25,404 nucleotides of DNA from a virus (taxonomy: Duplodnaviria; Caudoviricetes), in the IMG/VR virus record IMGVR_UViG_3300020185_000239, positions 1-25,404 of that record; one strand, given 5' to 3'. The notes under the pieces were generated by a model. The model did no database searches, had not been told where the DNA came from, and saw only the letters and a program-made list of their open reading frames with translations. Of the stretch, positions 8,433 through 16,215 are shown one piece after another; positions within the stretch are counted from its first letter, which is position 1, and every line of letters begins with the position of its first letter. Position numbers and translations under genes: made by a program.

Positions 8433-9389
8433 ATGAAGTTTTTTGAGTTAGTATTAGATGAGGATAAACTCCTTCATGGTATAGATGCGATATCCATAGT
8501 GGAGCATCCTGCTATAGAGGAGGACTTCATCACGATGAGTAAGGACCACAAGTTTGAATTCAAGGAGGTAGATCAGGAGAAGAAGATCCTGATGGGAGCA
8601 GCAATGATTCCAGAGAAGCCTATCTATAGAGTTGAAGGTGATCAAGAGTATTATGTATTCTTTACAAAGGAGACAATCCGCAGAGCCTCTGAATTGTATC
8701 TGATGAATGGTAAGCAGGGCAATGCTACGCTAGAGCATCAAGAGAAGATATCAGGCTTATCATTAGTTGAGAGTTGGATCATAGAAGATTCAGAGAAGGA
8801 TAAGAGCAGAGCCTATGGCTTAGAGTATCCTGTAGGAACTTGGATGGTGAGTATGAAGGTCAATAATGAGGATATCTGGAATGAATATGTCAAAAGTGGG
8901 AAGGTCAAAGGATTCAGCATTGAAGGATGGTTCATGCAGCGAGAGTCGGCTATTGAGATCAATACAGAATTATCTAGAATTGAATCAGAAGAAGCAGACC
9001 ACCTGCTCTCACTTTATCTTCTGGGAATAATCAAAGGTTCTGTAAAGAACGATAAGAGATATAAGAGCGGTAAGAAGCTAGAGATGGAATCATACAGAGA
9101 CTATCCTGATTCAGTTTCTAACAACGCAAAGAAGGGTATTGAACTCAATGAGAAGCAAGGGAATAAATGTGCTACTCAGGTAGGTAAGGTCAGAGCGCAG
9201 CAGTTGGCTCAGAAGCAGCCTCTATCAGTTGAGACTATTAAGAGAATGTATAGTTACCTAAGCAGAGCGCAGGAATACTATGATGAGGGAGACACCACAT
9301 CCTGTGGATATATCTCATATATGTTATGGGGTGGATTATCTGCTAGGAGATGGGCAGAGAGTAAATTGAAGGAATTGGATCAGTTATGA
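8433..9389 (+). CDS. Prohead maturation protease (XkdF-like serine protease) with an extra C-terminal domain
   Basis: ISIVEHPAIE, GAAMIP, LEH, VESWI, GTWMVSMKV and KGFSIEG motifs; directly upstream of scaffold and capsid genes. Confidence 0.8.
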   Translation: MKFFELVLDEDKLLHGIDAISIVEHPAIEEDFITMSKDHKFEFKEVDQEKKILMGAAMIPEKPIYRVEGDQEYYVFFTKETIRRASELYLMNGKQGNATLEHQEKISGLSLVESWIIEDSEKDKSRAYGLEYPVGTWMVSMKVNNEDIWNEYVKSGKVKGFSIEGWFMQRESAIEINTELSRIESEEADHLLSLYLLGIIKGSVKNDKRYKSGKKLEMESYRDYPDSVSNNAKKGIELNEKQGNKCATQVGKVRAQQLAQKQPLSVETIKRMYSYLSRAQEYYDEGDTTSCGYISYMLWGGLSARRWAESKLKELDQL

Positions 9390-9441
9390 AAATAACCCAA
9401 AATCTTAATAAATAGTTGTTTAATTAGAAAAGTTCAAAGAA

Positions 9442-10056
9442 ATGAATCTACAAGAAGTATTCAAGAAGATTGAAATGGCTCTTACTCCTCAAGATGCTGC
9501 ACCTGAAGTTCAGGAAGTAACTGAAGAAGTAAAAGTTGAGATGGCTACAATGAAACTCGCAGGAGGTGTTGTAGTTGAGGCAGAATCATTTGAGGCAGGT
9601 GAGAATGTATTCTTACTAGGTGAAGATGATGAGAAAGTTGCTGCTCCTGTTGGAGAGCATGAGTTGGAAGATGGTCGCATCCTCGTTATCGTTGAGGAAG
9701 GTGTGATTGCTGAGATTCGTGAAGCAGGTGAGGAAGTTGCTGAGGAAGTAGTAGAAGAAGAAGAATCTACTGAGATGGCTCAGGAAGAGATGGCTTATGT
9801 AACCAAAGAAGAGTTTGGTGCTGCTATTGATGAATTGAAAGAGATGATCGCTGCTATGCTTCCTAAAGAGGAAGAGATGGCTGCTGAAGAAGTTTCTGAA
9901 GAAGTAACTGAGGAGAAGGTAGAGATGAGTGCTGATGAAGCACCTGCTGCTAAGAAGGTCGCTGCTGCTCCTGTAGATAAGAAACCAGATATGGTACAAT
10001 TCAGCAAGAAGGCTGGAGGAACTACCTTATCTCGTGTAATGAGTAAATTATCCTAA
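9442..10056 (+). CDS. Capsid scaffolding protein
   Basis: Very acidic 204-aa protein (APVGEHELEDG motif) between the protease and major capsid genes. Confidence 0.75.
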   Translation: MNLQEVFKKIEMALTPQDAAPEVQEVTEEVKVEMATMKLAGGVVVEAESFEAGENVFLLGEDDEKVAAPVGEHELEDGRILVIVEEGVIAEIREAGEEVAEEVVEEEESTEMAQEEMAYVTKEEFGAAIDELKEMIAAMLPKEEEMAAEEVSEEVTEEKVEMSADEAPAAKKVAAAPVDKKPDMVQFSKKAGGTTLSRVMSKLS

Positions 10057-10074
10057 TTTTAATAAAGAAGAAAA

Positions 10075-11001
10075 ATGGCTACAACCACTTCAATTACTAC
10101 CACATATGCTGGTGAATTTGCAGGGAAATATGTTTCTGCTGCATTATTGAGTGCCGACACTATTGAAGGTGGCGGTATTACTATTAAACCAAATGTCAAG
10201 TACAAAGAGGTTTTAAAGACAATGAACTTGGATGCAATCACTAAAGATGCAACTTGTGATTTCTCTGATACTTCTACTTTGACTTTGGCTGAGAAAGTTC
10301 TTACTCCAAAAGAACTACAGGTAAACCTAGAATTGTGTAAGTCTGACTTTGTAAGCGACTGGGAAGCGATCTCTATGGGTTACTCTGCTTTTGATGAGTT
10401 ACCTGCTAACTTCGCTGATTACTTAATCGGTTATGTTGCTGCTAAGGTAGCTGCTAAGAATGAGACTAACATCTGGGCAGGTGCTGATGCTAACGCAGGT
10501 GAGTTTGATGGCTTCACTGCTCTATTGGCTGCAGATGCTTCAGTTGTAGATGTAGTAGGTACTACTATCACTGCTGCTAATGTTATTGATGAGTTGGGTA
10601 AAGTAGTTGATGCTATCCCTGCTGCATTATATGGTAAAGAAGATCTTTACATCTATGTATCTCAGCATATCGCTCGTTCTTATGTTCGTGCTTTAGGTGG
10701 GTTCGGTGCTAATGGTCTAGGAGGCAATGGTGTTGCTTCTAATGGTACTACTTGGTACAACGGAGGCGATCTAGCCTTTGATGGTGTTAAGTTGTTCGTT
10801 GCTTCAGGTATGCCTACTAACGATATGGTTGCTGCTCAGAAATCTAACTTGTTCTTCGGTACAGGTTTGTTGAGCGACCACCAAGAAGTGAAACTTTTGG
10901 ACATGGCTGATCTTGATGGATCACAAAATGTTCGTGTAGTTATGCGCTTTACTGCAGGTGTTCAGATTGGTATCGGTGCTGACATCGTATACTATACTTA
11001 A
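10075..11001 (+). CDS. Major capsid protein
   Basis: 308 aa, strongly biased codon use, follows the scaffold gene, followed by a strong terminator; size and position fit an HK97-fold capsid. Confidence 0.85.
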   Translation: MATTTSITTTYAGEFAGKYVSAALLSADTIEGGGITIKPNVKYKEVLKTMNLDAITKDATCDFSDTSTLTLAEKVLTPKELQVNLELCKSDFVSDWEAISMGYSAFDELPANFADYLIGYVAAKVAAKNETNIWAGADANAGEFDGFTALLAADASVVDVVGTTITAANVIDELGKVVDAIPAALYGKEDLYIYVSQHIARSYVRALGGFGANGLGGNGVASNGTTWYNGGDLAFDGVKLFVASGMPTNDMVAAQKSNLFFGTGLLSDHQEVKLLDMADLDGSQNVRVVMRFTAGVQIGIGADIVYYT

Positions 11002-11022
11002 TAGTTGATTGATTAACCAATG

Positions 11023-11059
11023 AAGGGGCAGGTGGGCTAAAGCCTGTCTGCCCTTTTTT
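11023..11059 (+). terminator. Rho-independent terminator after the capsid gene
   Basis: AAGGGGCAGGTGGGC-TAAA-GCCTGTCTGCCCTTT stem plus a T run. Confidence 0.85.
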
Positions 11060-11078
11060 ATTTTAAATAGACAACGAT

Positions 11079-11603
11079 ATGGCGTGTGCTTTAACAAAAG
11101 GAAGAAACGAACCCTGTAAGGATGTAGTAGGTGGTATCACTGCCGTTTACTTTGCTGACTTCGGGACATTAGGTGCGATCACCTATGATGCAACAGATAC
11201 GGATGTGATTGATTCATTTGGAGGTACTCCAAGTTGGTTCAAGTTTGAGGTAAAAGGAAACTCTAGCTTTGAGCAGACAATTACTTCTTCTCGTGAGAAT
11301 GGGACTACATTCTTTGATCAGACATTAAGTCTTACATTTAAGAAGATGACTAAGCAGACTCACAATGAGTTGAAGTTGATCTCTTATGCTAGACCTCATG
11401 TAGTAGTAGAGGATAACAACGGCAACAAGTTCCTAATGGGATTGGATTATGGTGCTGAGGTTAATGGTGGTACAATCGTTACAGGAGCGGCTATGGGTGA
11501 TTTGTCTGGATATACTTTGACAATGAATGCTCAGGAGAAGATTCCTGCTAACTTCGTAGATGCTACGATTACTGCTGATGCTTCAACTATTAGTGATATC
11601 TAA
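11079..11603 (+). CDS. Major tail (tube) protein
   Basis: 174 aa, beta-rich, with MAC...C...VGGI, SRENGTTFF and VVEDNNG...G motifs; highly expressed codon style; flanked by terminators. Confidence 0.7.
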   Translation: MACALTKGRNEPCKDVVGGITAVYFADFGTLGAITYDATDTDVIDSFGGTPSWFKFEVKGNSSFEQTITSSRENGTTFFDQTLSLTFKKMTKQTHNELKLISYARPHVVVEDNNGNKFLMGLDYGAEVNGGTIVTGAAMGDLSGYTLTMNAQEKIPANFVDATITADASTISDI

Positions 11604-11623
11604 GATTAGATCCTGATAGAATC

Positions 11624-11658
11624 AAAAAAGCCCTTCCTTTCGGAGGGGCTTCTTTTTT
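11624..11658. terminator. Bidirectional intrinsic terminator
   Basis: A6 run / AAGCCCTTCC-TTTC-GGAGGGGCTT / T6 run. On the minus strand the loop is GAAA and a U-tract follows. Confidence 0.85.
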
Positions 11659-11687
11659 GGTAGCAAGGCTACCTAAGAGAGATGAAC
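11624..11687 (-). ncRNA. Predicted trans-acting antisense small RNA (about 64 nt)
   Basis: Minus-strand -7 box TACATTTG (11699-11692); 5' seed GTTCATCTCTCTT; hairpin GGTAGC-CTT-GCTACC; A-rich linker; terminator. The seed is antisense to early-gene leaders. Confidence 0.6.
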
Positions 11688-11691
11688 ACTG

Positions 11692-11699
11692 CAAATGTA
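11692..11699 (-). promoter_or_regulatory. Bacteroidota-type -7 promoter box on the minus strand
   Basis: CAAATGTA on + is TACATTTG on -, a perfect TAnnTTTG. No canonical -33 TTTG was seen. Confidence 0.55.
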
Positions 11700-11715
11700 A
11701 CCATTATATATCTTT

Positions 11716-11729
11716 TGGGTTTTATAATT
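11716..11729 (+). promoter_or_regulatory. Candidate late promoter TGGGTTTTATAATT (exact copy 2)
   Basis: Intergenic, downstream of a terminator, 2 nt before the ATG at 11732. Confidence 0.6.
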
Positions 11730-11731
11730 AG

Positions 11732-12088
11732 ATGATTATTGTAGAAGAAAATACAACTCCACAGATAACGATGTATCTCAGGGACTTCACAACGGAGTCT
11801 TTTGAGATGGAAATTATCTCAGAGAGTGAAAGAGTTGAGAAGGTAGATACTGCTATATCTGGATCATATGATGATTTCAGGAAGGTGCTAACCTTCTCCT
11901 ATGATGTATCTGCTTTAGTAGCGGAGAGTTTTTATGTGATCAAGATTTGGGAAGTGGGCAAAATCAAGCTACTTTCACAAGACAAGATATATATCATTCC
12001 TTCAGGATCTGAAGTAGGGACTTATCAACCTAAGTTAGCTACAACGGAGAAAACGATGGATAACGAGTTTAAGATTTATGGAGAGTAA
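11732..12088 (+). CDS. Hypothetical virion protein (possible head closure protein), 118 aa
   Basis: Beta-rich ORF overlapping the portal start; function inferred from position only. Confidence 0.5.
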   Translation: MIIVEENTTPQITMYLRDFTTESFEMEIISESERVEKVDTAISGSYDDFRKVLTFSYDVSALVAESFYVIKIWEVGKIKLLSQDKIYIIPSGSEVGTYQPKLATTEKTMDNEFKIYGE

Positions 12089-13862
12089 TTTCAAGTTTGT
12101 TCAATTATCTAGTTATACTAGCCCTGTTGTAAGTGAGAATGCTAGAAAGGGATGGGTAGAGTATGGAGAGGATAATGATTACTTTCAATACTTAATAGAT
12201 CGCTATAATGGATCTCCTACGAATAATGCAGTAATCTCTGGGATCATTGATATGATCTTTGGTCAGGGTATTGATGCTACGGATTCAGGTAAGAATCCAG
12301 AGGGATATCTTCAATTAAGAAAACTCATTAATGATGAGGAATTGAAGAAGGTAATCAATGATTACTATATGCTAGGAAATGGAGCATTTCAGTTGATCTA
12401 CAATCAGGATAAGAGTAAGATTGTAGAGGTGTACCATATGCCTGTGGAAACTCTTAGAGCAGAGAAGTGTAATGATGAGGGAGAGATTGAGGCATATTAC
12501 TATGCTTATGATTGGGATCAGGTTAGAAGCAAGAAAGGTGTTGATCGCATTCCTGCTTTTGGCTATGGCGCACAAGGAGATAAAGTTGAGATCTTATACT
12601 TCCGACCTTATCGTAGTGGCTCTTACTATTACTCCCCTGTGGATTATCAAGGTGCTTTACCTTATGCAGAATTAGAGGGTGAGGTAGCGAACTATCATAT
12701 CAACAATATCAAGAACGGACTTGCTCCTTCTATGATTGTGAACTTCAATAACGGAGTCCCTCCAGAGGAGGAAAGAGATATCATAGAATCACAGATTAAG
12801 CAGAAGTGGGGAGGTACATCTAATGCAGGGAAATTTATTCTAGCATTTAATGATAGTGCGGATACTGCTGCTTCTATTGAAGCGATTCAGTTATCTGATG
12901 CTCATAATCAATATCAGTTCTTATCTCAGGAGTCTCAGCAGAAGGTCCTAGTAGGTCATAGAATCACTTCACCTATGTTGTTTGGGGTAAAGGATCAGAC
13001 AGGTCTAGGAAATAACGCTGATGAGATTAAGACTGCGTTTACCTTGTTTGATAATAGTGTGATCAGACCTAAGCAGAATCAGGTGATCAATGCTCTGGAT
13101 CAGATTCTATCCTTCAATAATGTTGCTTTGAATCTATACTTCAAGACTCTTACTCCTTTGGAGTTTACAGATGTTGAGGATGTAACGGATCAGGAAGTGA
13201 TTGAGGAAGAAACAGGAATTAAGATGAGTGCTGAATTCACTAAGGAGGATGAGGCTCAATGGTTAGAATACCTTGCTGATAAGGGTGAGGATATCAATGA
13301 AGAGGAGTGGGAGTTAACTGCGGTGCAGGATGTGGATGATCCAGATAATGAGGATCAGATCGTAGAAGCGATCACATCGGTTAGTATGGCTGCAGTCAGT
13401 TCCTATGGTGATGCTGAGGAGAGATCTTCAGGTGATGCAGGGATGTTTAAGATTCGCTATAGATATACAGGATCATTGAGCGGTAATAGCAGAACCTTCT
13501 GTGTTGAGATGGTTGGATTATCTGATTCAGGGAAAGTCTATAGAAAAGAGGATATCAATCAGATGAGTTTCTCTGGAGTTAATGGTCAGTTCGCACCGAA
13601 GGGAAGAAGCACATATTCTATCTTCAAGTATAAGGGCGGAGCATATTGTCATCACAAGTGGCAGCGACTCATTTACATGAGAAAGAGATCAGGAGGTAAG
13701 TTCTTACCGAAGAGTGAAACGGAGGCATTAGAGAATGATAAGAGAGTAGCACCTTCACAGGCTTCGGCAGCAGGTGTTCCAGATTCAAAGATTAATCCTA
13801 AGGATTATGGTACTGCGAATACTCGCCCTATAGATATGCCTAACAGAGGAAAATTGAACTAA
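12078..13862 (+). CDS. Portal protein with a C-terminal MuF-like Cys/His extension
   Basis: YGEDNDY, SPTNNAVI, YMLGNG, NGLAPS...N, GTSNAGK and HRITSPMLFG portal motifs up to about aa 380, then an acidic linker and an SRTFC...YKGGAYCHHKW domain. Confidence 0.85.
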   Translation: MESNFKFVQLSSYTSPVVSENARKGWVEYGEDNDYFQYLIDRYNGSPTNNAVISGIIDMIFGQGIDATDSGKNPEGYLQLRKLINDEELKKVINDYYMLGNGAFQLIYNQDKSKIVEVYHMPVETLRAEKCNDEGEIEAYYYAYDWDQVRSKKGVDRIPAFGYGAQGDKVEILYFRPYRSGSYYYSPVDYQGALPYAELEGEVANYHINNIKNGLAPSMIVNFNNGVPPEEERDIIESQIKQKWGGTSNAGKFILAFNDSADTAASIEAIQLSDAHNQYQFLSQESQQKVLVGHRITSPMLFGVKDQTGLGNNADEIKTAFTLFDNSVIRPKQNQVINALDQILSFNNVALNLYFKTLTPLEFTDVEDVTDQEVIEEETGIKMSAEFTKEDEAQWLEYLADKGEDINEEEWELTAVQDVDDPDNEDQIVEAITSVSMAAVSSYGDAEERSSGDAGMFKIRYRYTGSLSGNSRTFCVEMVGLSDSGKVYRKEDINQMSFSGVNGQFAPKGRSTYSIFKYKGGAYCHHKWQRLIYMRKRSGGKFLPKSETEALENDKRVAPSQASAAGVPDSKINPKDYGTANTRPIDMPNRGKLN

Positions 13863-13863
13863 T

Positions 13864-14364
13864 ATGTCACAGGTATTATTTGTATCGCCAAGCGATGTTA
13901 TAAAGAGAACAGGTATCAATGGTAATGTTGATCGTGATCAGATGATTCAATTCATTAAGATCGCTCAGGATATCCATATCCAGAACATTCTAGGGACTAG
14001 ATTATTCAATAAGATTGCTAGTGATATCTCAGCAGATACATTGACAGGAGACTATCTAAGCCTTTTCACGAACTATATTCAGGATATGGTAATCCACTAT
14101 TCAACGATAGAGATACTGCCTTACATCCATTATAAAGTAGCAAATGGAGGTATCTATACAAAGGGTGCTGAGAATGGTACAAGTGTTACAAAGGAGGATC
14201 TAGATTATCTGATCCAGAAGGAGCGAGATATCGCAGAGCATTATTCTAGAAGATTCGTAGATCATATGGCTTTCTATAGTTCAAGATATCCAGAATACAA
14301 TACATCTTCTAATGATGATATGTATCCTAGTAAGAATCAGAACTTCAATGGATGGGTTTTATAA
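13864..14364 (+). CDS. Putative head-tail adaptor
   Basis: Helical 166-aa protein (I..AQD.HI..ILG..LF) directly after the portal gene. Confidence 0.6.
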   Translation: MSQVLFVSPSDVIKRTGINGNVDRDQMIQFIKIAQDIHIQNILGTRLFNKIASDISADTLTGDYLSLFTNYIQDMVIHYSTIEILPYIHYKVANGGIYTKGAENGTSVTKEDLDYLIQKERDIAEHYSRRFVDHMAFYSSRYPEYNTSSNDDMYPSKNQNFNGWVL

Positions 14365-14441
14365 TTAAGAATACTTACAAGCCTAAGCAGGAGAACATCC
14401 AGAAGCTAAAGAAGTATCTCATGAAAAAGAATAAGAAATGA
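14352..14441 (+). CDS. Very small basic protein (29 aa), not in the ORF track
   Basis: MGFIIKNTYKPKQENIQKLKKYLMKKNKK; its stop overlaps the next ATG (ATGA). Confidence 0.4.
   Translation: MGFIIKNTYKPKQENIQKLKKYLMKKNKK
14353..14366 (+). promoter_or_regulatory. Candidate late promoter TGGGTTTTATAATT (exact copy 3)
   Basis: Spans the adaptor stop codon, upstream of the RBP and lysis genes. Confidence 0.5.
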
Positions 14442-15412
14442 GCAACAACATAAATTGGGGTAAGATATATGAGTCTACTGCTTGGGGTAGTGGGGTAAGT
14501 GATAATAGCATCTCTTGGGGTAAGTCATATGCTGATTTAGCAGGAGGATATGAATATCTATTAGACACATATAGCGGAGCGGCAGCAGCCTATTCTTTAC
14601 GCTTGTTAGACTCTACCTATAGTGGCGATGCTATCGTAGTCCGTAGGGCAAGTGATAACACTACCCAAGCAATCGGATTCGTAAACAACGAGTTAGATAC
14701 GGCAACGCTTGAATCGTTTTGTAGCGGTACGGATGGTTTCGTAACGACTTGGTACGACCAAAGCGGTAATGGGAATGATGCCACTCAAACGACATCTTCA
14801 GCACAACCAAAGATTGTGAGTAGTGGTTCTACTTTGTTAAGAGGTGGGAAACCTTCAATACAATTTGATGGGACGAATGATAATTTCAATACTTCACAAA
14901 ACAATCTATTTACATTTACAGGAGGCGTTTCTATGATTCACGCATCGTACAAAAACGCTACATCTTATAAATCTTACGAAACTATTTTAAGTGCTAATGG
15001 TACTGGTACTGGTGGAGAAAAAATGGCATTGGGTTATGGAAATCAAGCGACAAACCCAAAACCAACTATTGCTACCGATATTTGGGCTCCTTCTGGTATT
15101 CAATACGATGGCACAATAGGTGTAAACGAAAGACACTTGATAGGTTTTTATATATCTAATTGGTCAACGCATCGTTCAACGGGATTATCAAACCTTCGTT
15201 TAAATGGTAGTGATTTAACGACTAAAACCTACTCAACTTCTGACCCAACGGGACTCGGAAATGGGCATATTAAAATTGGTGTGTTCTTGGAGGGTTTAAC
15301 ATTTTCTTTCTTTGGTGGTGAGATTCAAGAGGTCATTGCTTACGCAAGTGATAAGAATTCGGATAGAGTTGGCATAGAAACGAACATTAACGACTTCTAT
15401 TCTATTTATTAA
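14438..15412 (+). CDS. Putative receptor-binding/fibre protein with a concanavalin A/LamG-like (arabinofuranosidase-B-like) domain
   Basis: N-terminal WG repeats (NWG, AWG, SWG), then AAAYSLR...VRRASDN, VTTWYDQSGNGNDATQ, QPKIV, FDGTND and GEIQEVI motifs. Confidence 0.7.
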   Translation: MSNNINWGKIYESTAWGSGVSDNSISWGKSYADLAGGYEYLLDTYSGAAAAYSLRLLDSTYSGDAIVVRRASDNTTQAIGFVNNELDTATLESFCSGTDGFVTTWYDQSGNGNDATQTTSSAQPKIVSSGSTLLRGGKPSIQFDGTNDNFNTSQNNLFTFTGGVSMIHASYKNATSYKSYETILSANGTGTGGEKMALGYGNQATNPKPTIATDIWAPSGIQYDGTIGVNERHLIGFYISNWSTHRSTGLSNLRLNGSDLTTKTYSTSDPTGLGNGHIKIGVFLEGLTFSFFGGEIQEVIAYASDKNSDRVGIETNINDFYSIY

Positions 15413-15413
15413 G

Positions 15414-15635
15414 ATGGCATACTACACAAGCACAAACAAAAGCGAATTAGAAGCCTACAATACTTTAGTAGTTAATGGCGAGGGCTATGATGGTGTATAT
15501 ACTACGGATTGGGCATCTATTATAGAACACCCGAACGGCGTAGACTTCGCAATGCTAAAGCACGATGACTACACCGCAGATTTAACTTTAATAGAAACGC
15601 TTGGGGCTGATTGGTTCCCCGAGGAGATGATATAA
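15414..15635 (+). CDS. Small acidic protein, possible fibre partner or chaperone (73 aa)
   Basis: Directly follows the RBP and shares its atypical nucleotide signature. Confidence 0.55.
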   Translation: MAYYTSTNKSELEAYNTLVVNGEGYDGVYTTDWASIIEHPNGVDFAMLKHDDYTADLTLIETLGADWFPEEMI

Positions 15636-15638
15636 GCT

Positions 15639-15782
15639 ATGAGTAAGAATAGATATAATGTTCCACAAGATAATAGAAGGGGATGCCTTTGTAAGGATGG
15701 TAAGCGGTATTCTAGAGAATGCTGCAAGGGTGATTATGTTAATCAGGGCATTGGTAATATCACGAAGGATGAAACTGAGTAA
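15639..15782 (+). CDS. Small Cys-rich protein (47 aa), not in the ORF track
   Basis: MSKNRYNVPQDNRRGCLCKDGKRYSRECCKGDYVNQGIGNITKDETE (CxC...CC). It occupies the spurious N-terminal extension of the 15658 ORF. Confidence 0.6.
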   Translation: MSKNRYNVPQDNRRGCLCKDGKRYSRECCKGDYVNQGIGNITKDETE

Positions 15783-16215
15783 GAATCTTACATTAGGAGA
15801 AGCAACAAAATCACATACTGCGATTAAGTATGGGATCAGTAATAAGCCCTCTGGAGAGCATCTGTCTAACTTGATCCAGATAGCTAGTAAGATATTCCAA
15901 CCTGTAAGAGATCACTTCCAGAAGCCTATCATAGTGAGTTCAGGTTACAGATCTCAAGCATTGAATGATATCATAGGAGGTGCATCAGCATCTCAGCACT
16001 CAAAAGGTGAGGCTCTAGATCTTGATGGATCAGTAGAGAACTTCCTGATCTTTGAATACATAAAGAATAATCTGGAGTTTGATCAACTGATATGGGAATT
16101 TGGAGATGATGAGAACCCTGATTGGGTTCATGTCTCTTACAAATCAGAGGACAATAGAGGAGAGGTCCTTCAAGCCGTTAGGCAGAATGGTAAGGTAATC
16201 TACAGGAGATGGTAA
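15769..16215 (+). CDS. Endolysin, peptidase M15A family (148 aa; start revised from 15658)
   Basis: MKLSKNLTLGE start, SSGYRS..LN..IGG, SQH..GEALD and DQLIWEF...WVHVSY zinc-peptidase motifs. Confidence 0.9.
   Translation: MKLSKNLTLGEATKSHTAIKYGISNKPSGEHLSNLIQIASKIFQPVRDHFQKPIIVSSGYRSQALNDIIGGASASQHSKGEALDLDGSVENFLIFEYIKNNLEFDQLIWEFGDDENPDWVHVSYKSEDNRGEVLQAVRQNGKVIYRRW

Noticed and set aside
11682-11735. 17-aa plus-strand ORF MNTANVTIIYLLGFIIR starting at AAGAGAGATG
   Set aside because: It lies just downstream of a terminator with no plus-strand promoter ahead of it and overlaps two promoter motifs. Kept only as an alternative explanation for the sRNA seed.
4293-14610. Shared 12-mer ACGCTTGTTAGA at 4293 and 14599
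   Set aside because: Both copies are inside coding regions, encode RLLD and have no flanking similarity. No reverse transcriptase or TR/VR pair is present to suggest a DGR.
15658-15768. 37-aa N-terminal extension of the endolysin in the track
   Set aside because: The M15 domain begins at MKLSKNL (15769), and the region is better explained by the Cys-rich ORF 15639..15782.
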